NCBI GenBank assembly: GCA_016192455.1
Contig: JACPUC010000003.1
Span: 1 to 64,000 of the forward strand
DNA from: Candidatus Tectimicrobiota bacterium
Lineage (GTDB): Bacteria > JACPUC01
DNA: 64,000 bases
Direction of reading: 5' to 3'
The position numbers were made by a program, and so were the translations under genes. Positions 1-9,532 of the stretch are shown here, one piece after another (within the stretch, counting starts at the first letter, position 1; each line of letters opens with the position of its first letter). A model generated the notes under the pieces. It ran no database searches. It saw only the letters and a program-made list of their open reading frames with translations, and was not told the origin of the DNA.

Positions 1-120
1 AGGGTTGGTCGTGCGGAACTTGCGTGGCATAACACCCCCACCAGCAAACAGCGGAACAGGGCCGGCACCCCGCCGGTTGCGAACACCTCACAGTCTACCA
101 AAAACCAGACGCCTGCGGGG

Positions 121-141
121 GTTTCTCCGACAGGCTCCTAG
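121..141. mobile_element. Possible IS terminal inverted repeat followed by CTAG target
   Basis: GTTTCTCCGACAGGCTC-CTAG resembles IS5/IS1182-type ends; no transposase visible within the window. Confidence 0.25.
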
Positions 142-451
142 AGGAGTCATGGACGAGCGGCTGGGGGACCCGTAACTCAAGAGATGATGCCCGGCGACTA
201 GGTGACCCTGAAACAACAGCGTGGTCAGCCCGTCTCGTCGTCGGGACAGCGGAGGGAAGAACGGTGGATGGGTTTGTAAGAGTCGGCGATAATAGAGTAC
301 GTGATAGTAGGGTGATCAGCTGTCAGGCCCCGTAGATACCGCGGGGCCTCAAAAGAAGCGACAATTCACCTTACCTGTCCATGGCCCCAAAGGCATCATA
401 AAACCAGCTCTACCTTGGAGTTGACCTGGTTTCAGGGAGGCGCGAGGTTCT

Positions 452-751
452 TCAGTATCCCGTCGCGCGGTCGAGGGTGCGGTACATGATCGCTTCGCTG
501 AGGTGGGCGGCGCTGAGGCGCTCCTCGCCCGCCAGGTCGGCGATGGTGCGGGAGACCTTGAGGATGCGGTCATGGGCGCGCGCCGACAGGCCAAGCTGGT
601 TGATCGCCGCGTCCAGCAGGCGCTGCGACGGCTCGTCGAGCTGGCAGTGGCGCCGCAGGTGCTTCGAGGTCATGTGGGCGTTGCAGTAGAGGGAGTCCTT
701 GGCGAAGCGGGCAAGCTGCCGCTGCCGCGCCGCCTCGACGCGTTCCCGCAC
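452..751. repeat. 300-bp duplicated comM 3' end, copy 1 (copy 2 at 16211-16510)
   Basis: Near-identical by direct comparison (roughly 90-95% by eye); C-termini differ: RATGY vs RTLSY. Confidence 0.9.
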
Positions 752-911
752 CCGGCGCGACGGCTCGCCCGGCACGGCGCCGCGCAGCTCGTCGTGACTC
801 AGGGGCGGAACCTCGACGTGGATGTCGATGCGGTCCAGCAGCGGCCCGGAGATGCGGGCGCGGGAGGGGCGAATCTGCACGATGGGGCTGGTACACTCCC
901 GCTTCGGATCG

Positions 912-931
912 GTGAGGTAGCCGCAGGGGCA
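912..931. repeat. att-like direct repeat, left copy
   Basis: GTGAGGTAGCCGCAGGGGCA, exact match to 16511-16530. Confidence 0.85.
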
Positions 932-939
932 CTGTCGCG

Positions 940-1398
940 TTGCCTTACTGCCATGCCAGCCTGAAGGCTACCAAGCCGCTTCCCCAGGCTTATCCGAAGA
1001 ATATCAAGACGTTGGGAGATCAACTCAGGAAAAAACGCCTCGATCTCGGCCTCCTCCAGAAAGACGTTGCTGAAGTGATAGGGGTCGATGCTACCACAAT
1101 CTACAACTGGGAGAAAGGTCGTGTTGTGCCGGCAAGGCGGTATGTCAAGGAGATAATCAGGTTTTTGGATCAATTGCGGTCGTGTTCCGCAAGTAGAGGA
1201 GGTTCTCAGTTCCCCTCGGGATGTGATTCATCTTCATCAGTTCAGGATGCCTCCCCAATAGGGTGCCGATGTGCGCTGCGCTTGCTGAGCATGCAGACAG
1301 ATTCCCGCCTGCCCGCCAGCCTGCGCCGGACTCTCATTGACATCACCCCTGCCTACCGGCAGACAGGGCTAAGATCCACCGTGGTGTCGGCACCATGA
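940..1398 (+). CDS. XRE-family helix-turn-helix regulator (C-terminal tail probably spurious; start uncertain)
   Basis: TLGDQLRKKRLDLGLLQKDVAEVIGVDATTIYNWEKGR is a typical HTH_3 motif; begins immediately inside the att repeat. Confidence 0.7.
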   Translation: MPYCHASLKATKPLPQAYPKNIKTLGDQLRKKRLDLGLLQKDVAEVIGVDATTIYNWEKGRVVPARRYVKEIIRFLDQLRSCSASRGGSQFPSGCDSSSSVQDASPIGCRCALRLLSMQTDSRLPASLRRTLIDITPAYRQTGLRSTVVSAP

Positions 1399-1973
1399 CG
1401 GACGTCCTCAACTCCTTCTGTCTGCGCATCGACGACGGAGCAATCGAAGACATGAACAATAAGGCCAGAGTGATTGGCCACCGCTGCTAGGGGTTCCGCA
1501 CCCGTCAGCCGTGCTGGCAAAGGCAGGCCGCCCGCACCACCATCACCGTCCCCCAGAACGTTTTCTAGAAACTCCCAGAACCCGCACATGTGCGCAGATT
1601 CTTGTGCGGAGCCGGAAGGATACTTAACGCAGGTAATGATCATGAAAGGGACACAGAAGGCTACAAATGAAGTTTGTCGGCGCCCACCAGCAACGGCAAC
1701 AATCTCGAATGGCATGTCAGGATAGGACAATCCCACATACCTCTCGGCCTCAGTTTATTGCACCGTGTAGACAAGAAGCGAGAAGTTCAGCGTCACTTTA
1801 GTCTCCTGATATACCTCTGGAATATAACGTCCTTGGTTTCCAAGAATAAAGAACTAAGCTTGATCCTGCAAATTGTGAAAAAAGGGTTCCTATGATTTTC
1901 ACGTTATCGCCTTCTTTATTGTCCTCCCTCGCTACAGAAGGCGAGCATTCCTATCCAAAGATGCGACGGCACA

Positions 1974-2369
1974 CTATTCCTCCTCCGAACCAACCTCAGC
2001 CTTTCTCGGCCTCCCGCGCCGCTTCGCACCCGGCTTTACCGGCTTTGCGCCAGACTTTGGGAAGGCAAGCGTGCCTTCTGCCTCTACTTTCTTAGGCCTG
2101 CCTCTCCGCTTCCTTGCCTCTTCAAGATAGAAGCTAACCGCGCTTCGCTCACCCCTGAAGGGGAATCGAACGCCCTTGTACAGCGATGCAGCAGCAGCCT
2201 TAAGGGCTTTCTTGACCTTGCCAGGGTCCTCGTCATCATCCAAAGTGATTCTGCCACCCTGATCATTGGCAAGGCCTGCAAGGTAGCCTTTCAGCTCGTC
2301 AACCATCGGCAGAAGTTCGGCAGGAATCTTCGTCTTGAGTTCTGCAAGTGGCACGGGTTCAAATTTCAT
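1974..2369 (-). CDS. Small basic protein with two AT-hook-like motifs
   Basis: KRRGRPKK and KRRGRPRK motifs; AAGGAG RBS upstream of the ATG. Confidence 0.7.
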   Translation of the reverse strand: MKFEPVPLAELKTKIPAELLPMVDELKGYLAGLANDQGGRITLDDDEDPGKVKKALKAAAASLYKGVRFPFRGERSAVSFYLEEARKRRGRPKKVEAEGTLAFPKSGAKPVKPGAKRRGRPRKAEVGSEEE

Positions 2370-2491
2370 GCTGCATCGCTCCTTTCGGACCTGGCGGAAT
2401 GTAAAACTGTCACTGCTCGCGGTAACATAAAGCTATGGGCGCAAGCCCGTCAAGGGAATTTTGACTCTTCCAGTTCGCCGTCGAGCTTGAT

Positions 2492-3100
2492 GTGATGAAG
2501 CGGTGGTGTGCCGGATTTGGCTCGCGCCAACTGCGGCGCGCCCGGGCGAGGATTGACGCGGTGGCGGCGGACATGGCGCCCGCCTCCATCAAAGTGGTGC
2601 GGCGGCACCTCCCCGGTGGACCATCGTCTCGAACCACTTCCACCTCCTCGGGCTCGTCAATGCAAAGGTGGCGCTCCTACGCCAGTTGTTGCACCGCGCG
2701 GCGGAGAGGGTGCTCCAAAAACAGGTCCTGAAGGGCAGCCGCTTGTTGCTGGTGAGGAATCCTGAACATCTCGATGCGCGGCGCCATGTGTGGCTGCGGC
2801 TCCACGAGGCCCTGGCGCTCAACCAACCCCCGGCCACGACGTACGACGTGAAGGAGGACCTGCGACAGCTCTGGACGCAGCCGGACAAGGTTACCGCAGC
2901 CCGCCTCCCTGAGGACTGGATTGCTCGCTCCGAGGCCTCAGGCATCCGCATCCTGCAACGGCTGGTCAGAACCCTTGCCACTTACCGCCGGGACATCCTG
3001 GCCGTCTAAGACATCTCCATCTCCACGGGACCACTAGAGGCCGTCAACAAGAGAATCAAGGTGCTCCAGCGCTAGGCCCTCGGCTTCCGCGATTCGGATG
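2492..3100 (+). pseudogene. ISL3-family transposase remnant
   Basis: Fragments IDAVAADM, LKGSRLLLVRNPEHL, YDVKEDLRQLW, STGPLEAVNKRIKVLQR*ALGFRD with frameshifts and stops. Confidence 0.8.
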
Positions 3101-3113
3101 AACCTCATAATGT

Positions 3114-3824
3114 TCAGGCAACCCCGAAAGAGTTCCTCAGTTCGCTGGGGCGCGCATCAGATTTGGCAGGTAAACTGAAAATGAAGGTAACTCCGTGTTG
3201 CAAATCTGTTGAGTTGCTTGCAAGGTGATCTCCTGAAAGCACGAAAGGACAGGATATGGTGATCCCGAAATCGTTGTCTTCGTTGTATCTCTGAAAAATT
3301 CTCTCGAGTTCCCGTCGCAGGGTTTCAGGCATATACTGCGTTGTCGTAGCAATTACGGTACTTACATGGTTATTTCTTACTTGGCTCGATATCTGAAGTT
3401 CTCCGCCATCCGGAATCGTTTGAAGAGCAAGGATAAGTAGATTAGTGAGTGCCAAGCGGACTTTCGACGGGTTGCCAATCCCTATCGGTAAATCATTCAA
3501 CGTTAAATTAACCGTGAGCTCTGCCCCGCGTTCTCTTGTCTGCTGAATCAATGGCTTAATAACTTCTAGCACCTCGCCAATTGCCGTATTCAACTCTATC
3601 TCGTCGAGCGAATGAATGTGCTTGGAGAGAGGTTTATCGTGTAAGCTTTCTAAGACCCTCGTAACGTCACCACAGCACTGCATGATCAGAGAAAGCTCCT
3701 CCGCGACCGAGGGTTTGGGGAGCAGGGCAGGGTGGTTTTCCAGTAGCCGCGCACTCCTCAAAATCACTAGATCGAGCATTTGGATAAGCTCTTGATAAAA
3801 CCTTTCTAATGCTGGCGCCGACAT
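3114..3824 (-). CDS. Degenerate histidine-kinase ATPase (HATPase_c)-like protein
   Basis: ELNTAIGEVLEVI...GNPSKVRLALTNLLILALQTIPDGGELQIS...GVTFIFSLP; G boxes not recognisable. Confidence 0.6.
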   Translation of the reverse strand: MSAPALERFYQELIQMLDLVILRSARLLENHPALLPKPSVAEELSLIMQCCGDVTRVLESLHDKPLSKHIHSLDEIELNTAIGEVLEVIKPLIQQTRERGAELTVNLTLNDLPIGIGNPSKVRLALTNLLILALQTIPDGGELQISSQVRNNHVSTVIATTTQYMPETLRRELERIFQRYNEDNDFGITISCPFVLSGDHLASNSTDLQHGVTFIFSLPAKSDARPSELRNSFGVA

Positions 3825-3828
3825 GTAA

Positions 3829-4143
3829 TCACTCCTCCATAACTATCCAACCATCCCTCGGCTGTGCCCGGGACTGTCCGTGGTCAGCCAGAGTCTCAAA
3901 TCCGAGACGCCGTACATGGTGTTGCGCCACCCAACTGCAAAACATATGCCAGAAATAATCTGCAGCAATAATTATGAGAATCACCAATATCTCACACAAT
4001 ATCAATATGTTATTCAGCATGACGCCTTCGTCGAAAGCCCACAATTTTCGATTGCGTCTCCTTTCAAAGACGCATAGTATCTTTTTTGATACCCTCATAA
4101 CTGAGTACCTCTCAGGTGCTGGGCGCCACACGCGGGCCTTCAT
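3829..4143 (-). CDS. Small hypothetical membrane protein (start uncertain)
   Basis: Hydrophobic stretch ILILCEILVILIII; ends 5 bp before the next gene and supplies its GAGGAG RBS. Confidence 0.35.
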   Translation of the reverse strand: MKARVWRPAPERYSVMRVSKKILCVFERRRNRKLWAFDEGVMLNNILILCEILVILIIIAADYFWHMFCSWVAQHHVRRLGFETLADHGQSRAQPRDGWIVMEE

Positions 4144-4155
4144 TGGGAAGGGGCT

Positions 4156-5856
4156 ATGCCAATGAGTACTAATGCACAGTGTTTAGTGAGTATAAGAACT
4201 AAAATGCTACGTACTGTCATCCCACTCGTGGCCGTGCCGATCCTCCTCCTAGGGCTGGGATGGTTCGCCACTTCCAAGCTTGAAGAATCAACAAAAAATG
4301 AGCGATTCTTTCAGCAGCGTTCTCAGGATCTGATCGCTATTTCTGAAATTCCTTCTATCCAGAACTTTTTTATTAACTTAGGTTACGGACCAGAGTTTCT
4401 CCCAGAGGCGGATCGTTTTCGCAGAGAAATAGAACGCTATAATGAGAGATTTTTTGTGCGAAACCAGCTTTTCAAGGGAACCCTTTATAAGGACATAAGC
4501 CTCATTGTGCTTATAAGAGACTCCAACGGTATGATTGTGCAATGGAAAGAGGCGCTTCGGTCGACGGCTCAAGAACTTTCTGCTAATCCTACGGCAATTA
4601 TTCCATCGAACACGTACTTGCAATCCGCCCTTCAAAGCGGACCAGGAAAGGTTTCATTCAGCGCCCTGGCCCCAATCATGCACGCCGTAATTCCGATCTA
4701 CAGAGACGAAAACTTTGATGGCCTGAACTCGCCTGCGGAATTAAAAGGGATACTAACGAGCAGCTTTACTTATCCCATGGCTGAATTTCAGCATATTAGG
4801 AAAATGGCATCTTTGACAATTGTATCTATCCTCTTCGCAAGCCTGCTCATAGCGGTGATTATTGTGAGCTTCGTCATCGGCAAAATTACTGAACCCATCA
4901 ATCATCTTGCTGAGGCAACCCAAAGAATTGCGAACGGTCAACTCTCTCTGACGCTTGACGTCAAGACCAATGACGAAATTGGAGCATTGGCTCACGATTT
5001 TAGCAAGATGACCCTTGAACTCAGCCGTTCGATTACGGCGAAAGAGCACTATGCGGCGGAGCTTCAAGCACTGAACACTGAATTAGATATACACGTCCAC
5101 CAACGAACCGAAGAACTCCGTGAAGCAAATAAGAAGCTTCAACTTGCCAACAGGGAGCTTGAAGAAGCTGATCGGATGAAATCAGAATTTCTCGCCAACG
5201 TTTCTCATGAGATTCGTACCCCACTCACCATTATTCGATCTTCGGTATATAACCTTCTCTTAGGTATTGGCGGACCTCCTTCTGAGAAGCAGCAGAAATA
5301 CTTGAAGACGGTGGAGAATAATATACATCGGCTCACGAGTTTTGTTAACGATTTACTAGATTTAGAGCGAATCCGTGCAGGCTTTGTACAGTTCACGCTT
5401 CGCCCTGTCCTGACCTGCAATCTTGTTGAAGTAGTCTTGGACAATCTCGTCGCACAGGCGGCAGAAAAAAATATTACGCTGAACTATGAACGAACTAATC
5501 CGCCCATAGTTGCTTATGCTGACCGGGATCAGACAATTCAAGTACTGACAAATCTTGTCGAAAATGCTATCAAGTTTACCCCCCAAAATGGCAGCATTGT
5601 ACTGAAGACGTATTACGAAAATGGGTCGTGTGTATTAATGGTACAGGATAGTGGAGAAGGAATTCCAGAGCGCGATCTGCCGTTCATCTTTGATCGGTTT
5701 TATCGAGTACAACGTGGGACTGCCGCCAAGGGGAGCGGGCTTGGGCTTTCTATTTGCAAAAGGCTAGTTGAACTTCAAGGAGGCCAGATTCAGGTACAAA
5801 GCAGTCCAGGAGCTGGAACGACGTTTTTTGTTACCTTCGCATCCTACACGCAATAA
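4156..5856 (+). CDS. Membrane sensor histidine kinase (HAMP-HisKA-HATPase)
   Basis: Two TM segments, HAMP (DEIGALA), H box EFLANVSHEIRTPL, NLVENAIKF, DSGEGI, GSGLGL. Confidence 0.95.
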   Translation: MPMSTNAQCLVSIRTKMLRTVIPLVAVPILLLGLGWFATSKLEESTKNERFFQQRSQDLIAISEIPSIQNFFINLGYGPEFLPEADRFRREIERYNERFFVRNQLFKGTLYKDISLIVLIRDSNGMIVQWKEALRSTAQELSANPTAIIPSNTYLQSALQSGPGKVSFSALAPIMHAVIPIYRDENFDGLNSPAELKGILTSSFTYPMAEFQHIRKMASLTIVSILFASLLIAVIIVSFVIGKITEPINHLAEATQRIANGQLSLTLDVKTNDEIGALAHDFSKMTLELSRSITAKEHYAAELQALNTELDIHVHQRTEELREANKKLQLANRELEEADRMKSEFLANVSHEIRTPLTIIRSSVYNLLLGIGGPPSEKQQKYLKTVENNIHRLTSFVNDLLDLERIRAGFVQFTLRPVLTCNLVEVVLDNLVAQAAEKNITLNYERTNPPIVAYADRDQTIQVLTNLVENAIKFTPQNGSIVLKTYYENGSCVLMVQDSGEGIPERDLPFIFDRFYRVQRGTAAKGSGLGLSICKRLVELQGGQIQVQSSPGAGTTFFVTFASYTQ

Positions 5857-5893
5857 GAGTAATCTGCCGCAGCCCAAGAAGGAGGAATGTGGT

Positions 5894-7279
5894 ATGGCAA
5901 AGTATGAAGCAAAAATCCTTATCGCTGATGATGAAGAGGAAATCGTCGATGTCCTGCGCGATATGCTCGAAGCACTTCATTATGAAGTTATTGTAGCTGT
6001 TGATGGATTTCAAGCGCTTGCGCTGATTCGCGAGGAAGAACCTGTTGTCGTGCTGCTGGATTTGAAGCTTCCAAAGTTAGATGGGCTGGAGGTCCTACGC
6101 AGGCTTGCAGAATTGGCAGTAGAAACCACGGTGATTATGCTCACGGCATATGGTACGGTCGAAAACGCCGTAAGGGCAATGAAGATAGGCGCCTATGACT
6201 TCATAATTAAACCTTACAACCCTGAACAGTTGCAGCTGGTTATTGAAAAGGCAGTCGAGCGAGATCGTTTGCGAAGGCAAAACACCTTCTTAAATGAGTT
6301 GGTCAATACCAGGTATAGTCTGCTTATTGGAGGGAATAGGGCCTTCAGAGATGCGTTAGATGAAGCACGTGTGTCCGCAGAAACGGACACGAACATTTTG
6401 CTCGTTGGCGAGACAGGAACAGGGAAGGAAATATTTGCCAGAGCCATACACCGTTGGAGTCGTCGTGCACGTGAGGCATTTGTTCCGATAAATTGCGCAG
6501 CACTCTCAGAGGAACTTCTCCTGAGTGAATTATTTGGGCACGAGAAAGGTGCGTTTACGAGTGCCCATCAAAGAAAACTTGGTAAGTTGGAAATTGCGCA
6601 TAAGGGTACAGTATTTTTGGATGAAATTGGTGATATTGATTTATCAATTCAAGCAAAGTTGTTGCGGTTTTTGCAGGAATATGAATTTGAACGTCTTGGA
6701 GGTAATAAGCAAATCAAGGTTGATATCCGTGTAATAGCCGCCACAAATAAGGATTTGCGGCAGGCTATAAAGAATGGAACTTTTCGGGACGATCTCTACT
6801 TTCGGCTCAATGTCGTTAGCATTATGTTGCCGCCATTGAGAAAGCGACTAGATGATATTCGACTGCTGGCGGACTATTTTCTCCAAAACTGTAATTATTC
6901 AATGAAAAAAAGTGTAAAGGGGATTACCGATGAGGCCTTTGAAGTACTCCAAAACTATACCTGGCCAGGCAATGTTCGGGAACTGCAAAATGTCATTGAG
7001 CGGGCAGTGGTATTCTGCCGCTCCGATGGTATCCATCCCCAGGACATTCTTCTGCAACCCCTTGATGGGCAAATTCTTGCTGGGAGCACTACCACTGCCT
7101 ATCACGACTGTGTCCGGGAATTCAAGCGGCGTCTTATTTATGAAGTACTTCAACAATCCTCCGGAAGCCCAACAAAGGCGGCGCGGACGCTCAAATTACG
7201 AAGAACCTATTTGGCAAGGTTGATCAAACAATTCGACGTTAAATTAACCCCAGCAGGTAGCAGCGACCGGCATGTCTGA
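5894..7279 (+). CDS. NtrC/AtoC-family sigma54-dependent response regulator
   Basis: Receiver (ILIADDE, LLDLKLP), GETGTGKE, ELFGHEKGAFTSA, WPGNVREL, C-terminal Fis-type HTH. Confidence 0.95.
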   Translation: MAKYEAKILIADDEEEIVDVLRDMLEALHYEVIVAVDGFQALALIREEEPVVVLLDLKLPKLDGLEVLRRLAELAVETTVIMLTAYGTVENAVRAMKIGAYDFIIKPYNPEQLQLVIEKAVERDRLRRQNTFLNELVNTRYSLLIGGNRAFRDALDEARVSAETDTNILLVGETGTGKEIFARAIHRWSRRAREAFVPINCAALSEELLLSELFGHEKGAFTSAHQRKLGKLEIAHKGTVFLDEIGDIDLSIQAKLLRFLQEYEFERLGGNKQIKVDIRVIAATNKDLRQAIKNGTFRDDLYFRLNVVSIMLPPLRKRLDDIRLLADYFLQNCNYSMKKSVKGITDEAFEVLQNYTWPGNVRELQNVIERAVVFCRSDGIHPQDILLQPLDGQILAGSTTTAYHDCVREFKRRLIYEVLQQSSGSPTKAARTLKLRRTYLARLIKQFDVKLTPAGSSDRHV

Positions 7280-7505
7280 GCCACAGATAAGCCAAGAAGC
7301 TTCCACTTTCGGAGACCCCGGGTCCCTTTTTCGGTACTTCCTCTAACCCACGAGGAGTAGGAGCGTTCACGGTTTTCATGCGGGTTGCACGTCTGCACAG
7401 CTGCACATGTCGAGGTTTGGCCTTGTTCTTGCTCTTTACCCTGCGCATAGCGCTAACTCCTGTTGAAAAAAACATTTAGAGAAAGTCTTTGCCCGCCTCA
7501 GATTC

Positions 7506-7522
7506 CTGGCATTCGACTTGCT
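7506..7522 (+). promoter_or_regulatory. Sigma54 (-24/-12) promoter
   Basis: CTGGCATTCGACTTGCT: GG-N10-GC spacing, upstream of the GNAT-GT-precursor operon. Confidence 0.75.
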
Positions 7523-7559
7523 TAGTCAGCGATTGTTGCCTTCCGGCCAGGAGTTCACA

Positions 7560-8096
7560 GTGGGCGGTATAAGTCTATTACATCTACATACAAGTACGCG
7601 TGTTCGGACGGTTGAAATAGACGATTATTACTTTATACTCTCCAGCGCCAGCAGGTGGTGGGGAGAACGAGGGCCAGCGATCTTTCCGAGATTCTTTGTC
7701 ACGCACTTCGCTGATACGTGTTTCGTAGCTGAAGGAGCAGAGACCATTGTCGGGTTTCTCTTTTCCTTTCTTTCACAGAAGTACCAGGATGAAGCTTACA
7801 TTCAGGGGGTGGTGGTCGATCCGCAGCACCGCCGCTGCGGCATCGCCTCTCTCCTCTACAAGAGCTTTTTTTCCAACATGATTACGCGAGGGGTCAGGCG
7901 CGTGACAGGCATCCTTTCCCCTGAGAATACTGAGGCGCTCGCGTTCCAAATTTCACAGGGTTTTCGTATCGCTTCCCCTATCCAGTGGGGACAAACACCA
8001 ATCATCGTCAATGGCCTTCCTGCCTTTCCTGATTACCTCGGGGCAGGAAGAAATAAGTTACTCCTTATCAAGACTCTAAAGGAGTCCGGAGCGTAA
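7560..8096 (+). CDS. GNAT-family N-acetyltransferase
   Basis: VVVDPQHRRCGIASLLY acetyl-CoA motif; GTG at 7560 with AGGAG RBS preferred over TTG 7518, which lies inside the promoter. Confidence 0.85.
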   Translation: MGGISLLHLHTSTRVRTVEIDDYYFILSSASRWWGERGPAIFPRFFVTHFADTCFVAEGAETIVGFLFSFLSQKYQDEAYIQGVVVDPQHRRCGIASLLYKSFFSNMITRGVRRVTGILSPENTEALAFQISQGFRIASPIQWGQTPIIVNGLPAFPDYLGAGRNKLLLIKTLKESGA

Positions 8097-8100
8097 GCGT

Positions 8101-9315
8101 ATGAAAATCTGCCTCATCAGCAAGTATCCTCCCATCGAGGGTGGTGTGGCAGCAAAAAGTTACTGGCTCGCAAAGGCACTAGGAGCACGCGGACATCAAG
8201 TGCACGTTGTAACGAACGCTGACGAAGTGGAGGACTCCTATAGGGAGGAAATTCCCGAAGAAGAGAGGGGTCTGCTCGAACCGCAAAACGTTCGCCGTTG
8301 GAGCACTTCGCCTTCGATGAGAAAGCGTTTTATCCCGCAGTACAATCCACACATTGCCAAACTCGCAAATCTCGCGCTTGCAGTGGTGAGAGAAGTTGAT
8401 GTAGACCTTGTGTACTCACATTATCTCCTTCCGTACGGTGTAGCTGCGCTTTTGGTCAAGCAGTTGGGGAAACTGCCTCTGATCGTAAGACATGCCGGCT
8501 CAGATATCACGTCCCTATATCGCGCTCCTTTTTTGCATGAGATCTTGCGTGAAGTCCTCGCAGGCGCAGACGTAGTGCTCGGTACACAAAGGACAAAAGC
8601 TATCCTTAAAGGAAGCGGGATCAACCCAGAAAAGGTGGCCGTAATCAAACAGGCAGTCAATCTACGAGAGTTTCATCCTGACAATCCGGCTTATGATTTC
8701 CGACCGTATGGTATTCCCCACACTGCTGAGTACCCCGTCATCACCTATATCGGAAAGGTTTCAGCGTTGAAGAACCCCACTGCCTTGTTACGCGCTGCAG
8801 CGCGCCTAAAGGATCTCCAATTTTCCTTAGCGTTCGTAGTAGGACGGGGAACGACGATTGAGCAGCTTAAAGGTTTGGCAAAAGAATTGGGAATTGATCA
8901 AAAATGCGTCTTTCTACCCTTTGTCCCCCCTTGGAGCATGTCGCGGATCATGACTGCCTCAACGTGCATCGTAAAACCGGAAAGTGACGAAGAACCGTAC
9001 CTGCCGAGAGGTACCCATTATCCAATCGTATCTCTCGAGGCGATGGCTTGTGCATGCTGCACGATTATCGGTGAAAAAGTAAAAGGGAAGGGTATATACA
9101 GATTCTTTCAGGATGGCGTGCATACCCTCGCAGTGAATCCTTCCAATCCAGAATCATTTGCAGAAAAGCTGGCTTTTATAATTCAATACCCCCAATTGGC
9201 AAAAAAAATCGGCGCAGCAGCTCGGGCGCTCCTGGAACAGCATGACGAGTGGGACGACGCAATCCAAATAATCGAGTCCGTGTTTCTGCGCTGTGTAGAA
9301 ACACATCACGGCTAA
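8101..9315 (+). CDS. GT4 (GT-B fold) glycosyltransferase
   Basis: MKICLISKYPPIEGG, LGARGHQVHVVT, HAGSDI, YIGKVSALKN, IVSLEAMAC. Confidence 0.9.
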   Translation: MKICLISKYPPIEGGVAAKSYWLAKALGARGHQVHVVTNADEVEDSYREEIPEEERGLLEPQNVRRWSTSPSMRKRFIPQYNPHIAKLANLALAVVREVDVDLVYSHYLLPYGVAALLVKQLGKLPLIVRHAGSDITSLYRAPFLHEILREVLAGADVVLGTQRTKAILKGSGINPEKVAVIKQAVNLREFHPDNPAYDFRPYGIPHTAEYPVITYIGKVSALKNPTALLRAAARLKDLQFSLAFVVGRGTTIEQLKGLAKELGIDQKCVFLPFVPPWSMSRIMTASTCIVKPESDEEPYLPRGTHYPIVSLEAMACACCTIIGEKVKGKGIYRFFQDGVHTLAVNPSNPESFAEKLAFIIQYPQLAKKIGAAARALLEQHDEWDDAIQIIESVFLRCVETHHG

Positions 9316-9340
9316 CCCCAGTAGGAGAGGAGGTTGATTG

Positions 9341-9532
9341 ATGGTCAGCACGAGAACCATGTTGGCGTCGGACGTTGCTCAGCTTCTTGAGGTGCGAACC
9401 GCCCGCATCTCAGCAGCTGTCGGGACAAGCATTCCCGGCGGTAACCTGAATCCCGAGTTCGAAGAGGTTTCCCTCTGGGAACCCGCAGATGGATTCTGTG
9501 GTTGCGGTTGCGGGTGTGGGTGCGGTGCCTAA
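9341..9532 (+). CDS. Putative RiPP precursor peptide with C-terminal (Cys-Gly)5
   Basis: Strong RBS AGGAGAGGAGG; 63 aa ending WEPADGFCGCGCGCGCGA; located among tailoring enzymes. Confidence 0.8.
   Translation: MVSTRTMLASDVAQLLEVRTARISAAVGTSIPGGNLNPEFEEVSLWEPADGFCGCGCGCGCGA

Larger units (their letters stand above)
452..931 (-). pseudogene. comM: Displaced 3' half of comM/YifB Mg-chelatase-family ATPase
   Basis: Translates CPCGYLTDPKREC...ISGPLLDRIDIHVEV...LSARAHDRILKVSRTIADL; starts exactly at the 20-bp repeat and has no 5' half attached. Confidence 0.9.

Noticed and set aside
325-349. Hairpin AGGCCCCG...CGGGGCCT as a terminator
   Set aside because: The stem is present but there is no convincing adjacent U-tract; function cannot be supported.
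1353-1895. Short ORFs that might be an integrase remnant
   Set aside because: No serine or tyrosine recombinase catalytic motif recognisable by eye.
7518-7559. TTG start at 7518 for the GNAT gene
   Set aside because: It lies within the -12 element of the sigma54 promoter; GTG 7560 has a proper RBS.
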